Part shown: in pieces, positions 13,215-29,768 of the stretch
How the letters are laid out: every line of letters starts with the position of its first letter
Numbering within the stretch: the stretch's first letter is position 1
DNA from: the human T2T-CHM13v2.0 reference genome, Homo sapiens
Direction: 5' to 3' (one strand)
Assembly (NCBI RefSeq): GCF_009914755.1
Contig: NC_060925.1
Length of the DNA stretch: 64,000 bases
Position numbers and translations under genes: made by a program
Notes under the pieces: model-generated
Told to the model about the DNA's origin: nothing
Databases searched by the model: none
The model's input: only the letters and a program-made list of their open reading frames with translations

Positions 13215-13232
13215 TTCCCCGTCAGGGAACCA
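13215..13232 (-). promoter_or_regulatory. Primer binding site, tRNA-Glu
   Basis: - strand TGGTTCCCTGACGGGGAA, 5 nt inside the 5' LTR; one mismatch to the tRNA-Glu complement TGGTTCCCTGACCGGGAA. Confidence 0.9.
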
Positions 13233-13237
13233 AGAAA

Positions 13238-13698
13238 TGTAGCAGACAAGCCGCAGAAAAAACTCCTCAGACACCGAGTTAAAGAAGGAAGGGGTTTATT
13301 CGGCTGGGGGCATGGGCAAGACTCCTGTCTCAAGAGCCGAGCTCCCCGAGTGAGCAATTTCTGTCCCTTTTAAGGGCTCACCACTCTAAGGGGGTGTGCG
13401 TGAGAGGGTCGTGATCAATTGAGCAAGCAGGGGGTACGTGACTGGGGGCTGCATGCACCGGTAATTAAATTGGAACAAAACAGGACAGGGATTTTCACAG
13501 TGCTTTTCTATGCAATGTCTGTAATCTATAGATAACATAACCGATTAGGTTAGGGGTCGATCTTTAACTACCAGACCCAGGGTGTGGCGCCGGGCTGTCT
13601 GCCTGTGGATTTCATTTCTGTCTTTTAGTTTTTACTTTTTTTTTCTTTGGAGGCAGAAATTGGGTATAAGACAATATGAGGGGTGGTCTCCTCCCTTA
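13238..13698 (-). mobile_element. 5' LTR (LTR2)
   Basis: - strand TAAGGGAGGAGACCACCCCTCATATTGTC...GCTACA; about 93% identical to 6133-6585 by manual alignment. Confidence 0.93.
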
Positions 13699-14059
13699 GA
13701 TGGGTTAATGGTGAATAGAGAATGAGTTATCTGTGTGGCAGTTAGGATTTATTTCCAACAGTTATAAAACTCCCCACATCCACATATATATGTTAAAGAA
13801 AATACTTTATTTTTTTGAGATGGAGTCATGCTTTGTTGCCCAAGCTGAAGTTTCTTCTCCTTTAGCAAAATGGTTTTCTGCTGCAATCGCTGTTTGATGA
13901 AGGCTGCTTTGGCTGCAGGTGTCCCATTCTGTACTTATTCCTCTGCTTGTTCCCCTTTCTCGAATAGTCACTACATTTTTTATTTTGTCTCATGTTTCTT
14001 TTCTTCTTTAAAAAAAAACTCTCTTGAAACTCTTATCTACTTAACTCTTTGTTGTTGTT

Positions 14060-14382
14060 CCCTCCCTCCCTCCCTCCCTCCCTCTTTTCCTTCCTTCCTT
14101 CCCTCCTTTCCTTGAGACGGAGTTTCACCCAGCAGTCAGGGTGGACTGTAGAGGCACAACCTTGGCTCACCACAACCTCCACCTCCCGAGTTCAAGCGAT
14201 TCTTCTGCCTCAGCCTCTCGAGTAGCTGGGATTGCAGGCATGTGCCACCACGCCCAGCTAATTTTTGTATTTTTGGTAGAGATGGGGTTTCACCATGTTG
14301 GTCAAACGCCTGACCTTAGGTGTTCCACCTGCCTCGGCCTCCCGAAGTGCTGGGATTACAGGCGTGAGCCACCACACCCGGC
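14060..14382 (-). mobile_element. Alu with (CCCT/CCTT)n tail
   Basis: Reverse-complement Alu; TSD TGTTGTTGTT. Confidence 0.9.
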
Positions 14383-14790
14383 TGTTGTTGTTATTACACC
14401 TCTGGCCCCTCTTCTATTCATGTCACTTCTAGCATACATCAAAGTGAAATATAATTTTCAGGAAAAAATAAACTCATGACTCACAGCTATAAAAATGAAT
14501 ATGAGTTAAAGAATTTGTGTTACTCATAGTATCTGCGGGAACTAGGCAGATGCTATAACCAGCTTAATAGAAAAGTCAAGCCAATTTAAATTTACAGAGT
14601 AGAAGAATGTTGAGATGAATTGCAAATGAAAGTGAAACTGGTTTTTCCACTGGGAGGAAGTCTGTTCCTAACAAGATATAATTTGCATGACTGTCAGTTA
14701 CAACTTAGCAAGAATCGCAAATAGCTCAAACCCAGGAAAGGGCTGGAATCTGATAACTTGATAACCAGAAGGGTGTGCTGAAAATTACTG

Positions 14791-14797
14791 TTTTCTT

Positions 14798-14828
<31 letters not shown>

Positions 14829-15244
14829 TTCTTTCTTTCTTTCTCTCTTTCTTTCTTTCTTCTTTCTTTTTCTCTTTCTTTCCTTTCTTTTCTTTCTTTC
14901 TCTTTCTTTCTTTCTTTCTTCTTTCTTTTTTTCTCTTTCTTTCTTTCTCTTTCTCTCTTTCTTTCTTTCTCTTTCTTTCTTTTTCTTTCTTTTTCTCTTT
15001 CTTTCCTTTCTTTTCTTTCTTTCTCTTTCTCTCTTTCTTTCTTTCTTTCTCTTTCTTTCTTTTCTTTCTTTTTCTCTTTCTTTCCTTTCTTTTCTTTCTT
15101 TCTCTTTCTCTCTTTCTTTCTTTCTTTCTTTCTTTCTTTCCTTTCTTTTCTTTCTTTCTCTTTCTCTCTTTCTTTCTTTCTTTCTTTCTTTCTCTCTTTC
15201 TCTCTCTCTCTCTCTTTCCTTCTACCTTCCTTCTTTCTTTTCTT

Positions 15245-15257
<13 letters not shown>
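14791..15257. repeat. About 470-bp polypyrimidine (CTTT/CT)n compound microsatellite, an expanded Alu tail
   Basis: Almost pure C/T tract contiguous with the Alu poly(T). Confidence 0.95.
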
Positions 15258-15544
<287 letters not shown>

Positions 15545-16047
15545 CATTCACAGTTTTCAGTTGAAACATAATTATGTTTTTGCCATGCTAATGATGGTTA
15601 ATACTTTGGAGGTGGTGGGTATGTGTCAATCACTCAGACAATTTACCTGTGTTTACTCACTGAATCCTCAAGAAAGAGAGGTGGGAAATACATCACATCT
15701 GTCTTACAAAGGAGGAACTTAGGGCTCAGAGGTTTTGGATTTCAATACACTGTTGCTGCAGGAGTGGGAATTTGAATAAAGGTGTTCTGATGGCCACATG
15801 TCAGTTCTTTTCCACTGGGCTATGCTATTTGTGTGAAGCCCTGAGCAGCTGAGTCCTAGGAAGTCGTGCAGGCTCCAGAATGTAGAACAACAGTATCTCT
15901 CCACCTGGGAAGGCAGTGCTCTATTTACTTTTTAACTTTCCAATTTTAACTGGAATAAGCTTTCCTCCTCCTCCCACTATCCACATTCTCCACTGAATCC
16001 TCTAACTGTTACTAATTCTACGGAAATTTGTGGAAATTAATAAAACC

Positions 16048-16980
16048 TTGTGGAGGCCAAGGGAAAACTTCCCCTTCATCTGAATGTTCACGGAAAATCA
16101 ACTGAAAAAAGACAGCTGAGAAATAATAAGAGAAAAGGCATATGAACTTATTAAAGTGCACAGGAGTTTTACAAAACATAAGATCTCAAATAAATGACCG
16201 GATGGTTGACGCTTTTACACCATCTTGAGTTTCCAGAAAGAATGAGGCTTGGATCAGTGGCAAAATGGCTTATGGGACCAGAGAAGAGGTGGCCTGTCTA
16301 GCGAAGGTGGTCTTGTTACATGGATGGACCCTCACAGGTAGCAGTGCTCAGAGACAATAGATGTAAATGTTTCAGGCCTTTAGAAACATCAGACCCTCAG
16401 TTAATCATCCCTAAATCTGGACAAGGGAAGGCCTCAGAGAAAGCCTGGCTGCATCAATGCAGATTTTTCTCTACAGGTGCAAATCTTCTTCACAAAAGAC
16501 AGCTTTTCAGCTAAATTTGTGTTTCCAGCCCTCCTGAACAGCCATCTTGAAACATTTCAAAGAAGTATATTTTAGGCTAAAATATTCTGGCTACCTTTGT
16601 AATCTGAGAAGCCAAAATAGATATCTCTTTATCGAATAAGATGGACCCCAAGGCTAAGGCAATGAAAAGTTACCTACAGGCTGAGGGCTCCAAGGCCTTG
16701 CTGCCACGGCAACTCCCTAAATTCCTTTGGCTACAGCAAAAACCACAGGTTTGCTAAACTCCCTAACAATAGGAAACATCAGGCAAAATGTCAGGCCCTT
16801 CCTAACTCTGATTTACGACCTCTCTTGGTGTCTGGCTTGGGACCCCTTTCCGGTAACAATCCTGTTCATTCTTTGGATGACACTTTCAACCTTGCATGTA
16901 CAATATGATATACTTGCCCTGTTTGATGAATCGTCTAACTTGTTGTTTCTCAACCTGTTCATTTTTTATTACTGCTGGCC
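16048..16980. mobile_element. Adjacent ERV1 solo-LTR remnants (MER39/MER34-like on -, then a MER4-group LTR on +)
   Basis: Resemblance to recalled LTR consensus text (AAAACTTCCCCTTC..., GAGAAGCCAAAATAGAT...AAGATGGACCC); subfamilies uncertain. Confidence 0.55.
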
Positions 16981-16999
16981 CTAAAAACTTTTATGTGGC

Positions 17000-20070
<3,071 letters not shown>

Positions 20071-20559
20071 AAAGAATACATTTTAAATTAGAAGAAATCA
20101 TGTAAGTGCTATTCTTGAAGTTTCTTATTTTAATTTGTGATTTAATTAATTCAGTCTCATAAATAAACTCAATGAGGAAGGAAGAATGTGGAACTGACAA
20201 TGTAAGTTGCTTACATAAATCGCCTCATATGGCTTCAGACTGAGTCTCTAAATTGAGAAGATCTTAATGCGTGACAATTAGCTACATGGTAGAGAAGAAA
20301 CTACTCAATGAAAATTTATTTCTATTTCTTGAGCCAAAATTTGAATGATTGTCCTTATTTATGGTAGCCCAGTAGAAAGATTCCAAGGGTTTCTTTCCTT
20401 TCTTTGTTTTTCTTTTCTTCTACGTTTCTTCCAAAATTAACTTAAAGTAACTCCTGAGGTTGTATATAGGATAGTAGAAAGCACACTTTCATAACGTTGT
20501 TTGGAAGGTCAATTATATGATGAATGCAAAATGCTGGGATTTTGCATTTTGTAATGACA

Positions 20560-22065
20560 GTTACAAAACACTGCCAAAATAAATCAGAGATGACACAAAT
20601 AAATGGAAAAACATTCCATGCTTCTACATAGGAAGAATTAATATTGTTAAAATGCCCATACTGTACAAAGCAATTTACAGATTCAATGCTATTTCTACCA
20701 AAGTACCAATGTCATTTTTCACAGAATTAGAAAAAACTAATCTAATGACCAAACTAACTGAAAGGTCAAAACTAACCGAATGGCCATATCAATCTCAAGC
20801 CAAAAGAAAAGAGTTGGAGGAATCACACTCTCAGATTTCAAACTGTACTACAAGGCTACAGTAACCAAAACAGCATGGTACTGGTACAAAAACAGACTTA
20901 TAGACCAATGGGACAGCTTAGAAAACCCTGACACAAAGCTGCACACCTATAACCAACTGATCTGACAAAGTCGACAATAACAAGCAATGGGGAAAGGATT
21001 TTCTGTTCAATACAGACTTCAGGATAACTGGCTAGCCATATGCAGAGGATTGAAACTGGATGTCTTTATTTCACCATGTACAAAAATCAACTCAAGATGG
21101 ATTAAAGACTTAAATGTAAAACTTAAAGATAAAAAAACTCTAGAAGAATACCTACGGAAATACCATTCTGGACATAGGCCTTGGCAAAGGTTTCGCAAGG
21201 AAGACTCCAAAAGCAATTGCAACAAAAATAAATATTGGCAAGTGGGACCTAATTTAACTAAAGGCCTTCTAACAGCAAAAGAAACTATAAACAGAATAAA
21301 CAGACAATGTAGAGAATGGGAAAAAATTTGCAAACCATGTGTCCAACGAAGGTTTAATATCCAGAATCTATAAGGAACTTAAACAAATCAACAAGCCAAA
21401 AAAAGGAATTCCATTAAAAAATAGGCAAAGGGCAGGAACAGACACTTCTCAAAACAAGACATATGTGTGGTCTACAAGCATATGGAAAAATGCTTATCAC
21501 TAATTATTAGAGAAATGCAAATGAAAACCACAATGAGATACCATCTCACACCCGTCAGAATGGCTATTTATTATTAGAAAGTAAAAAAAAAAAATCAAAA
21601 CAACAGATGCTGGGAGGGTTGCAGAGAAAAGGGAATGCTTATACACTGCTAGTGAAAATGCAAATTAGTTAAGCCACCGTGGAACAATTTGAAAATTTCT
21701 CACAAAACTGAAAACAGAGCTACCATTCGACCCAGCAATCCCATGACTGAGTACTTTCAATGGCAAAAACCGCAATTACTTTTGCACCAATCTCATACAT
21801 ATAAAGCATGGAATACCACACAGCCACAAAAAAGAACAAAATCATTTCCTTTGCAGCTGCATGGATGCAGCTGGAGGCCATTGTCCTTAGTGAACTAACA
21901 CAGGAACAGAAAACCAAATACAGAATGTTCTCACTCATAAGTGGCAGCTAATCACTGAGTGCACATGGACACAAAGAAGGTAAAAGTAAACACCAGGGCT
22001 TATTGGAGGGTAGTAGGTGGGAGGAGGGTGAGGATCAAAAACTATCTATCAGGTACTATGCCCCA
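20560..22065 (+). mobile_element. Old L1 (L1PB/L1MA-like) 3' ORF2 plus 3' UTR
   Basis: [27 protein letters not shown] and other ORF2 C-terminal peptides with frameshifts. Confidence 0.9.
21752..21795. mobile_element. MADE1 (mariner MITE) right half inside L1
   Basis: TACTTTCAATGGCAAAAACCGCAATTACTTTTGCACCAATCTCA matches the Hsmar1/MADE1 terminal inverted repeat. Confidence 0.85.
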
Positions 22066-25000
22066 AAATACATAAGAATGATGAATTATTCTAGTGCAAA
22101 CACACGTTACATATAAAGATTCACATAGATAATAAATAATAGAGGGAGATTTGTTATGCTAAGACCACGAATTAGCTGCATACTTCACACAAGAAAAATG
22201 ATTCAGGCTAACTATGGGCAGTTCATAATAATAAATGGGATGCATACTCAAAATTACATGACAAGCTTTAAATTACATGTAATGACAAAAATTGTCTTGT
22301 TATTGTCCCACAGGACCCTGAAGCTCTTTTCATTACCCTTTCAATCTTTTTTCCTCATTATATTTAGATTATGTAATTCCTATTTGTTTATCTTTAAGTT
22401 TGCCAACACTTCCACCTGTCTTCTTTATTTTGTTATTACACTGAACTACAGTGAGGATTTTTTTTTTATTATTACTATTTGGTCTGCCTTTTTTGGCTTT
22501 TACATTTTTATTTAGTTCTTTTGTTTTTCTTTGCTGAGAATTCTCTTCACTAAATTATAGACTTAATGTTGTAGAAAGTACATTTAGACCTCCTCTATTT
22601 CTGGAACTGTATGCAAGTCCAGCTGCTCACCACCTAGAAGCAAACTGCAAAAGAGGTAGGATGGAGTGACAGGAAAGCAGTTTTATTTTTCAATTGCTAG
22701 GAGATGGGAGATGGGCTGCCTCAAGCCTCAAAAACAAAACAAAACAAAAAAACCCATCTCAAAGCTTTGAGCTGAGGGCAGGGGCTTAAAAAGGGAAACG
22801 TGTGTGGGAGGTATGCAGGGGTTATGCAGAGTGTAGGGTCTGCGTGTCTTTTTGCGATAGCTATCTTGAGTTATTGTCCACCTAGAGTGCCAACTGGCAC
22901 CATCTCAAGTGTGGCTGGGCTGCAGATTATTCATCTTGAGGTCATCTTTCAGAGGGAGAGAATTTGCCACTGGGTCTCCATGCCTGGCTGGTTTCAAAAT
23001 TAGTCCCTAGAATCTCTTAACAAGCATACAGTAAGATAAGTGTGTGTGGTGCAAGGGAGTGCCTGGTCAGAAAGAGAGGGAAGCTGTTTCCATTTCAGCT
23101 CCTCAGGCCAGCATATTCCTAGTTGGCAAATTCCAAACCAACTTTGTGCCTTTCAGTTGGAACTAGAACTTCCAGGCAAACATATTTTAGTGCCTTGGTC
23201 ATTGTTTCTAGATGTCGTCTATACCTGCACTCCATGTGACTGCCCCCCTGCTCTGTGCTACAAGAACACATCTGTGTGAATAGCACTGGGGCTCCCTTCA
23301 TACTGAATTCTGATCGAGTTTGGCTCATGCAGTGTAATGTACATTATACAGTGTCATGTGCTCTCCACACTCCCCTTCCCACTTGAGCACTGAAGTACTT
23401 GTTCCCCCAGCTGCCAGGAGAATTAGTATGTGACAGCTCTCAGCTAAGTCCTTCTCAAGTCACTGTTCCCAGTTGAGGTAAACTGCCTCACCCAAGCTTA
23501 TGCTCTCTTCCTGGGGGCAGCCACATGCAATCAATGCTCCTGTGGGAACACAAACGCGGGGCCACCTGCCCTACTACAAGGCAACATGGAAGGGTAATCT
23601 CACAGTTCATCCAAGGAGTAGCCAAGACTGTAGTTGTGACTACATCACAGTTCATCTTCTCCCAGTGCCCAACTTTGCTTCATTAATGCCACAGGAATTG
23701 ACACTAGGAACTCTCCTTGGTCAGCTTCCTGAATGTCAAAGTCTCCATCTCAGTCTTTTTTTCAGGAATTTCTGAGTGATAATTATTTCTCCTGCTCAGG
23801 CTTGCTGGTCTGTGGATTCTTGACTTTGCCCTCTGGCAGGTTCACCTTGGAGGTGGCCTCCTCCATACAGCCCATCTGTGTGAAATCTGGAAGCTGGTCT
23901 ATCCCCACAGGCCATCAGGAGGCGAGTGGGCAGAACATCACGGTCTTGGTGGTGTAGGGACTCAGCATAGCCTCTCTTTGGTTTTCGTAAATTGTGCCAC
24001 ATAGTAGTTAATCTCAACTCAGCTACCCAGCATCACTGTCCTTTCCGTTTTTCTGTGGAGCTCTGGGCAGTACATACATCTTTTTCTCATCTGACTCACA
24101 GCTTGTCTGGCCTTAATTCTCACACACCCTAGAGTCCTTCAGAGAGGTTGATCTACTTAAGGCAAAAGGCTACTTCCCCCATTGGACAGTAGCCACCTGT
24201 GTTACTACACCATTGTATTGATACTCCTGGGACCCCAGAGACATCAGTGTTCAGAACATGGAAAGATAAAACTTTTATCATAAGTGATAGGTAAACTTTC
24301 ATTGAAAGTTTTATTTGTTACTTGATATACTAAATATCTACAACCTACTGCTTGCACTCAGCCAGGAATTTGTTTTTTTCCACAGGAAATAAGATAACCT
24401 GACTTTAACTGTAGACTGCATGTGATCAATAACATTCTAAATCAGAGTAGGATTAGCCACTTCAGTAAGATACAACATGCAAAGGCAGAGGTGTCACTAA
24501 AATCTATGATGGGCTTGCCTTCTAAACACAAACAATGGTGATTACAACTTCACTTGGAATAAGCAATTACAATATCTCACGTTTTGTCTAGGAGCAGCTT
24601 TCCCCATGATCTATTCCGTGAGAAATTTTGTTTAAATATATTTTTTTTTACAGTTTTGGAGGCTGAGATTTATATATACTGGCAGTGAAGCCTGAGTCCA
24701 CTAAACTTGCAAAAGCTGGAGCCAGGATCCCAAGGGTGCTTGACAGTAGAAAATATTAAGAACAAATAACACAATCATAGAAGGCAGCCCCAGATAAAAT
24801 CAAACCGCAACTGCCTGGCACAGTGAATACAATCTGTTGTTACTATTGTTGCTATCACTGATTTTATTACATAGATACAAACACACAAAATATTAAAAAA
24901 TACAATTATATCACACAGATGCAAAAATATTGATACTTATAAAGCAGCAGAGATTCTGTCAAGTTTAGTTCAATAAGGAAACTACCATGGATTCCACCAC

Positions 25001-26849
25001 GGTTTCTTTTTATTTCAACTACTTTCTTTGACAAGAGCTGGTCTTTCAATATCACACTGTTTAATCTTCCCATCCTATTAAACTACACACAAGTAACGCC
25101 AGAGCCACATTACCTCGCCCCTTAATGTATTTTTCAACATCATCTTTTCCATGCACATCTATTTACATTTCATTTTTGCTCCTAAATAATTCTCTCTTCT
25201 TTCAATAAATCGCAGCTTTCCAAAAGCATTTTGGAAGTATATTAAAATTATGGGTATTTATAAAATGTCCCTGAAAATTAAACATCTTTGGCAGCCAAAG
25301 TGGCAAGCTCATGCCTCTCTGGTTTATTAATCAGAGTTGATTTAGGTCACACCCCTAAACAGTAGACTGTAGACACTGATACAAGTGAAGCCAACACAGC
25401 CAGGCTGGAAGAGCTTTTCTCGATGCTGCTCAGACAGGATCCAGCCTTTTGGGAGGAGTCATCACTTTTATCTTCTGTAAGTAGAAAATCTGTGATTCTG
25501 TAAATACTAATCACTTAATATTTAATAATTTTCCTGTAAAGTTTGAACTCTAGATAATTCACAGCTATATATCTTTACGTATTTTACAAATAAAATTCTA
25601 TTATCCATTCTACAACCTGAAGAATCAAAAGTTGCTAGCTGACACAGTCATCAGGTTAAATTCCTGTAATAACCTGTCAATTTTGTCAAATATATGATTT
25701 GGCTGTTTCCAATTTATTTTCTGACAGGACAAATTGATTAATCATTTTAGTATCATGGGGAGGAGAGTTACAGTTTTACTATTAAGTTTTGGCAACAGGG
25801 ATCAGAAAAGCACAGAATGGAATGTTAGAGGCATTGTTCTCAGTGTTCTGTGATTACTTGACGAATTATTGATGAGAAAAAAGGAAGGGATATATACGTG
25901 CCTTCTACTAGCATTGCAAAAGAGATCAGTGTGATTTAAAGTAAAAATGTCCACATTTTATCACCATTCTAAGTAAGAAACTATGGGGACAGAAGAAAAT
26001 ATAGTTCAAAATTCTCTAGCTTTCTAAGCTATAGTGAAGAAAGAAAAGGAAAATATTTATTTTTCAGGGTAATACTTTATCATACTTCTTTCTACACTAG
26101 TCAATCTTGAATTTTCAACCCTCTGTTAAATGAAATTATAGACATTTTATTAGCAAGATTATTTAATTCTTCATTTTTCATTTAACTGTTCTTTGTATCC
26201 ATGGCCAATTTTTAAAAAAAATTATCCCAAATAATCATTTTTGTAGGTTTATAAACATTTTAATTAGTGGCAAATTATCTTAGCTTTGTAACATAAAAAT
26301 ATAGACAGTAATTTCAATAAAGCAAATAATTTAATATTATCACATCGTAGAAAAATACAGTTATCTACTAATTTTATTTAACACATTTAATTAATCATTT
26401 CGTGAAATAATCTGAATGCTATGGCATGATGACCAGTTAGACTGATACAAACTGATAATTTTTATACACCTGGAAATAAAGAATTTTTATTCCACATAAA
26501 CATAAAGAATAGAAATATTATCTATTTTCACTGAAAAGGTACAAGCTAATGACATCAAATTTTACAAACTATTTAACCATAGTAGGAACTTCATAATAAG
26601 AAAATGTATTTCCTGAACTGAAAAGTCATGCAAGTTGTTGAGATTATTCTCTGAAAACATATGAACCAGTCTGGCACAATTTAAGCGGCTAATTAATTGC
26701 AATTGCTATATTTTTATGCTATATATGTTTACCTTACCAAAATAAAAAAAACTAACATCTGTCATGAAACATTCCATTAAAGTGATACTTAAACATACAG
26801 CTGAAGTGAGTGGGAGCAACGTTAATGGCTATGACTGGATAATTGAACA

Positions 26850-26957
26850 AACTGTTATATATGCAGATAATGAAATAGTATTTACCCTTTGGAAGGAAAT
26901 TCTGACACATGGGATGAACCTTGAGGACATTATGATAAGTGAAATAAGCCAGTCACA

Positions 26958-26999
<42 letters not shown>

Positions 27000-27250
27000 A
27001 CCACATGATTCCATTTATATGAGGTTTCTAAAACACTCAAATTTATAGAGACACAAAATAGAATGGTGGTTGCTGGGGGCTGTGTGTGAGAAGAATGGGG
27101 AGTTATTTCACAGTGGGTACAGAATTTCAATTTAGGGAGGTGAAAAGAGATTCATAGATGGATATTGTGGATGGTCATACAACAATATGATTATACTTGA
27201 AGCCACTGTACTGATTGTGCCTTAAAAATAGTTAATATGATAGAAAAAAT
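26850..27250 (+). mobile_element. L1M 3' end with internal (AC)n at 26959-26996
   Basis: GGATGAACCTTGAGGACATTATGATAAGTGAAATAAGCCAGTCACA, typical L1MB/MC 3' UTR. Confidence 0.8.
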
Positions 27251-28829
27251 AATTTAAGAAACTTGTCCAACACCCTACAGTTATGACATTACAGACTGAT
27301 TTTTTAAAAGATATTTAAAGTTGATCAAGCTTCAACACTAAGGAAGGTTGGGAAAACAGAGAAATGGAAGATATCGAGTGAAAGAAATGAGTCAGGAGGG
27401 TTTTGAGGTCTTTCAGCAAAGTGACACTAAGGGCTGTAATTAGAGATTTTGTATAGTTCCTACGTGTAGAAAGTACATGTTATTGCATTTTCTAAGAAGT
27501 AAAAAGAAAAAAATAGAGCATGTTAGAGATACGAAGGTGTGAAGATCACAAAGTTTTGTCAAATGCAGAATTTATTTGTCAAGAAGGACATATGTATATT
27601 TCCATGATGTTTAAATTTTAAACAACCAAATAAAACCCTCAGGTATTGTGCTGCCCGTACAATTATGATGCTCAAGTAATGCACTCTGGTATTGACTGAC
27701 GCAACTGCACTGCCTTTCCCAGTCGTGACTGGCATTTTAGTTTAGGGTGGATACAAAAAGTGGAGGCAAAGGGAATGCGCATGGAAGAGATGGGCTCCTT
27801 CTGCCATATAACTTTATTGAATTAGACCATATCCTTGAGATTGAATCAGCATCAATACCTCTGCAGGTGTGGCGACATTTATTCAACAAGGTAGAAAACT
27901 TCCTGCACCAGCAGATCTAAGATGAAAATGTCTATAAAGATTTCATTTCTCTTGAGACTGAAGAAGACATTAATTTATCTCTGTGATTGGATAAAGATCT
28001 TAGTTTTCTTTTTTCTCCTTTACCTGGTAAAGGTTATACTTGTGGACTGATGAGAAAAAGTCTCATTGCAACAAAGTACCTTGTACAGTTAATGAAAATG
28101 TGTGTTTACCATTATACTCTTACACTGCAAAGAAATAAAAAATATCCAAGAAGGTCAGTACTGTTTTCAGTCTATCACCTATAAAGGAGGACTAAATGTG
28201 TTCACAACTCCAAATTAACTATGTTTTCATCTGCAGACTCAGCCTTTCCAGACCTGAGAATATAAGTCACCCTCTTTAGAAAGGAAAAAAAGTCTTCTTG
28301 GATTAAGTCAGGGAAAACTGCCTGATTTTGGTAGGTTTCAATGAGTTTTGATATGTTATAGACCCACAACCTTCACAGTCAAGGATGTAGTTTTATATAA
28401 TGAAATATACTGACTTAATTCAGCTTCTAAAATATTGACTATGCATGATGTAACTCAAGCACAAATAAAGTGACAAATTATGTGAATCATTTCATTCTCA
28501 CTCACTTATGATGGTACCAGATAAAGCAAAACCATTCTGACAGGTTACTTGCAACTTATCCAGAACGTGGATTTGTGATATAAAATTAATCAATACTTAG
28601 CCTGAGAAGCATTTATTATGAAATCCTTGGAAATGAGAAAAAGTTTAATTAATTTTATGCACAAATTAGAACATTTTGCAAGTGGCAAATGAAAGATTTG
28701 ACATAGGTTTCATCGCTTTCACACAAGTACTTTTCTATTTTTTTACTACGTAACTCAAATGGAGTACCATAAAGGATAAACACTCTGTCTTCTTTTTCTC
28801 CATTTGCAGTGTCACTCTTATTTGAAATC

Positions 28830-29768
28830 ATGGAAAATGGGAGCTATACCTCTTATTTCATTCTCCTAGGACTCTTTAACCACACCAGAGCCCACCAAGT
28901 CCTCTTCATGATGGTTCTGAGTATCGTTTTGACCTCCCTGTTTAGCAATTCCCTCATGATTCTCCTGATTCACCGGGACCGCAGGCTCCACACGCCCATG
29001 TACTTCCTCCTGAGCCAACTTTCCCTCATGGACGTGATGCTGGTTTCCACCACTGTGCCCAAAATGGCGGCTGACTACTTGACCGGAAGTAAGGCCATCT
29101 CCCGCGCTGGCTGTGGTGTGCAGATCTTCTTCCTGCTCACCCTGGGTGGTGGAGAGTGCTTCCTCTTAGCAGCCATGGCCTATGACCGCTATGCGGCTGT
29201 CTGCCACCCACTCCGATATCCCACTCTCATGAGCTGGCAGCTGTGCCTGAGGATGACCATGTCGTGTTGGCTCCTGGGTGCAGCTGACGGGCTCCTGCAG
29301 GCTGTTGCTACCCTGAGCTTCCCATATTGCGGTGCACACGAGATCGATCACTTCTTCTGCGAGGCCCCCGTGCTGGTGCGTTTGGCTTGTGCTGACACTT
29401 CAGTCTTCGAAAACGCCAGGTACATCTGCTGTGTGTTAATGCTCCTGGTCCCCTTTTCCCTCATCCTGTCCTCCTATGGTCTCATCCTCTCTGCTGTTCT
29501 GCACATGCGCTCTACAGAAGCCCGCAAGAAGGCCTTTGCCACCTGCTCTTCACATGTGGCTGTGGTGGGACTCTTTTATGGAGCTGCCATTTTTACCTAT
29601 ATGAGACCCAAATCCCATAGGTCCACTAACCACGACAAGGTTGTGTCAGCCTTCTATACTATGTTCACCCCTTTACTAAACCCCCTCATCTACAGTGTGA
29701 AGAACAGTGAGGTGAAGGGAGCCCTGACAAGGTGTATGGGTCGGTGTGTGGCCTTAAGTCGTGAATAA
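28830..29768 (+). CDS. OR2T8: Olfactory receptor 2T8, intact, 312 aa
   Basis: ATG at 28830 after a polypyrimidine tract and CAG acceptor ending at 28809; [45 protein letters not shown]; termini MENGSYTSY and RCVALSRE. Confidence 0.93.
   Translation: MENGSYTSYFILLGLFNHTRAHQVLFMMVLSIVLTSLFSNSLMILLIHRDRRLHTPMYFLLSQLSLMDVMLVSTTVPKMAADYLTGSKAISRAGCGVQIFFLLTLGGGECFLLAAMAYDRYAAVCHPLRYPTLMSWQLCLRMTMSCWLLGAADGLLQAVATLSFPYCGAHEIDHFFCEAPVLVRLACADTSVFENARYICCVLMLLVPFSLILSSYGLILSAVLHMRSTEARKKAFATCSSHVAVVGLFYGAAIFTYMRPKSHRSTNHDKVVSAFYTMFTPLLNPLIYSVKNSEVKGALTRCMGRCVALSRE

Larger units (their letters stand above)
6133..13698 (-). mobile_element. Full-length ERV1 provirus: LTR2 (HERV-E family LTR) with a Harlequin-type mosaic interior
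   Basis: Two homologous LTRs; TSD GATG at 6129-6132 and 13699-13702; tRNA-Glu PBS; PPT; degenerate pol and env fragments on the - strand. Confidence 0.92.

Noticed and set aside
28809-28829. N-terminal extension MSLLFEI of OR2T8 in the ORF track
   Set aside because: Starts at a GTG overlapping the splice acceptor; the true ATG is at 28830
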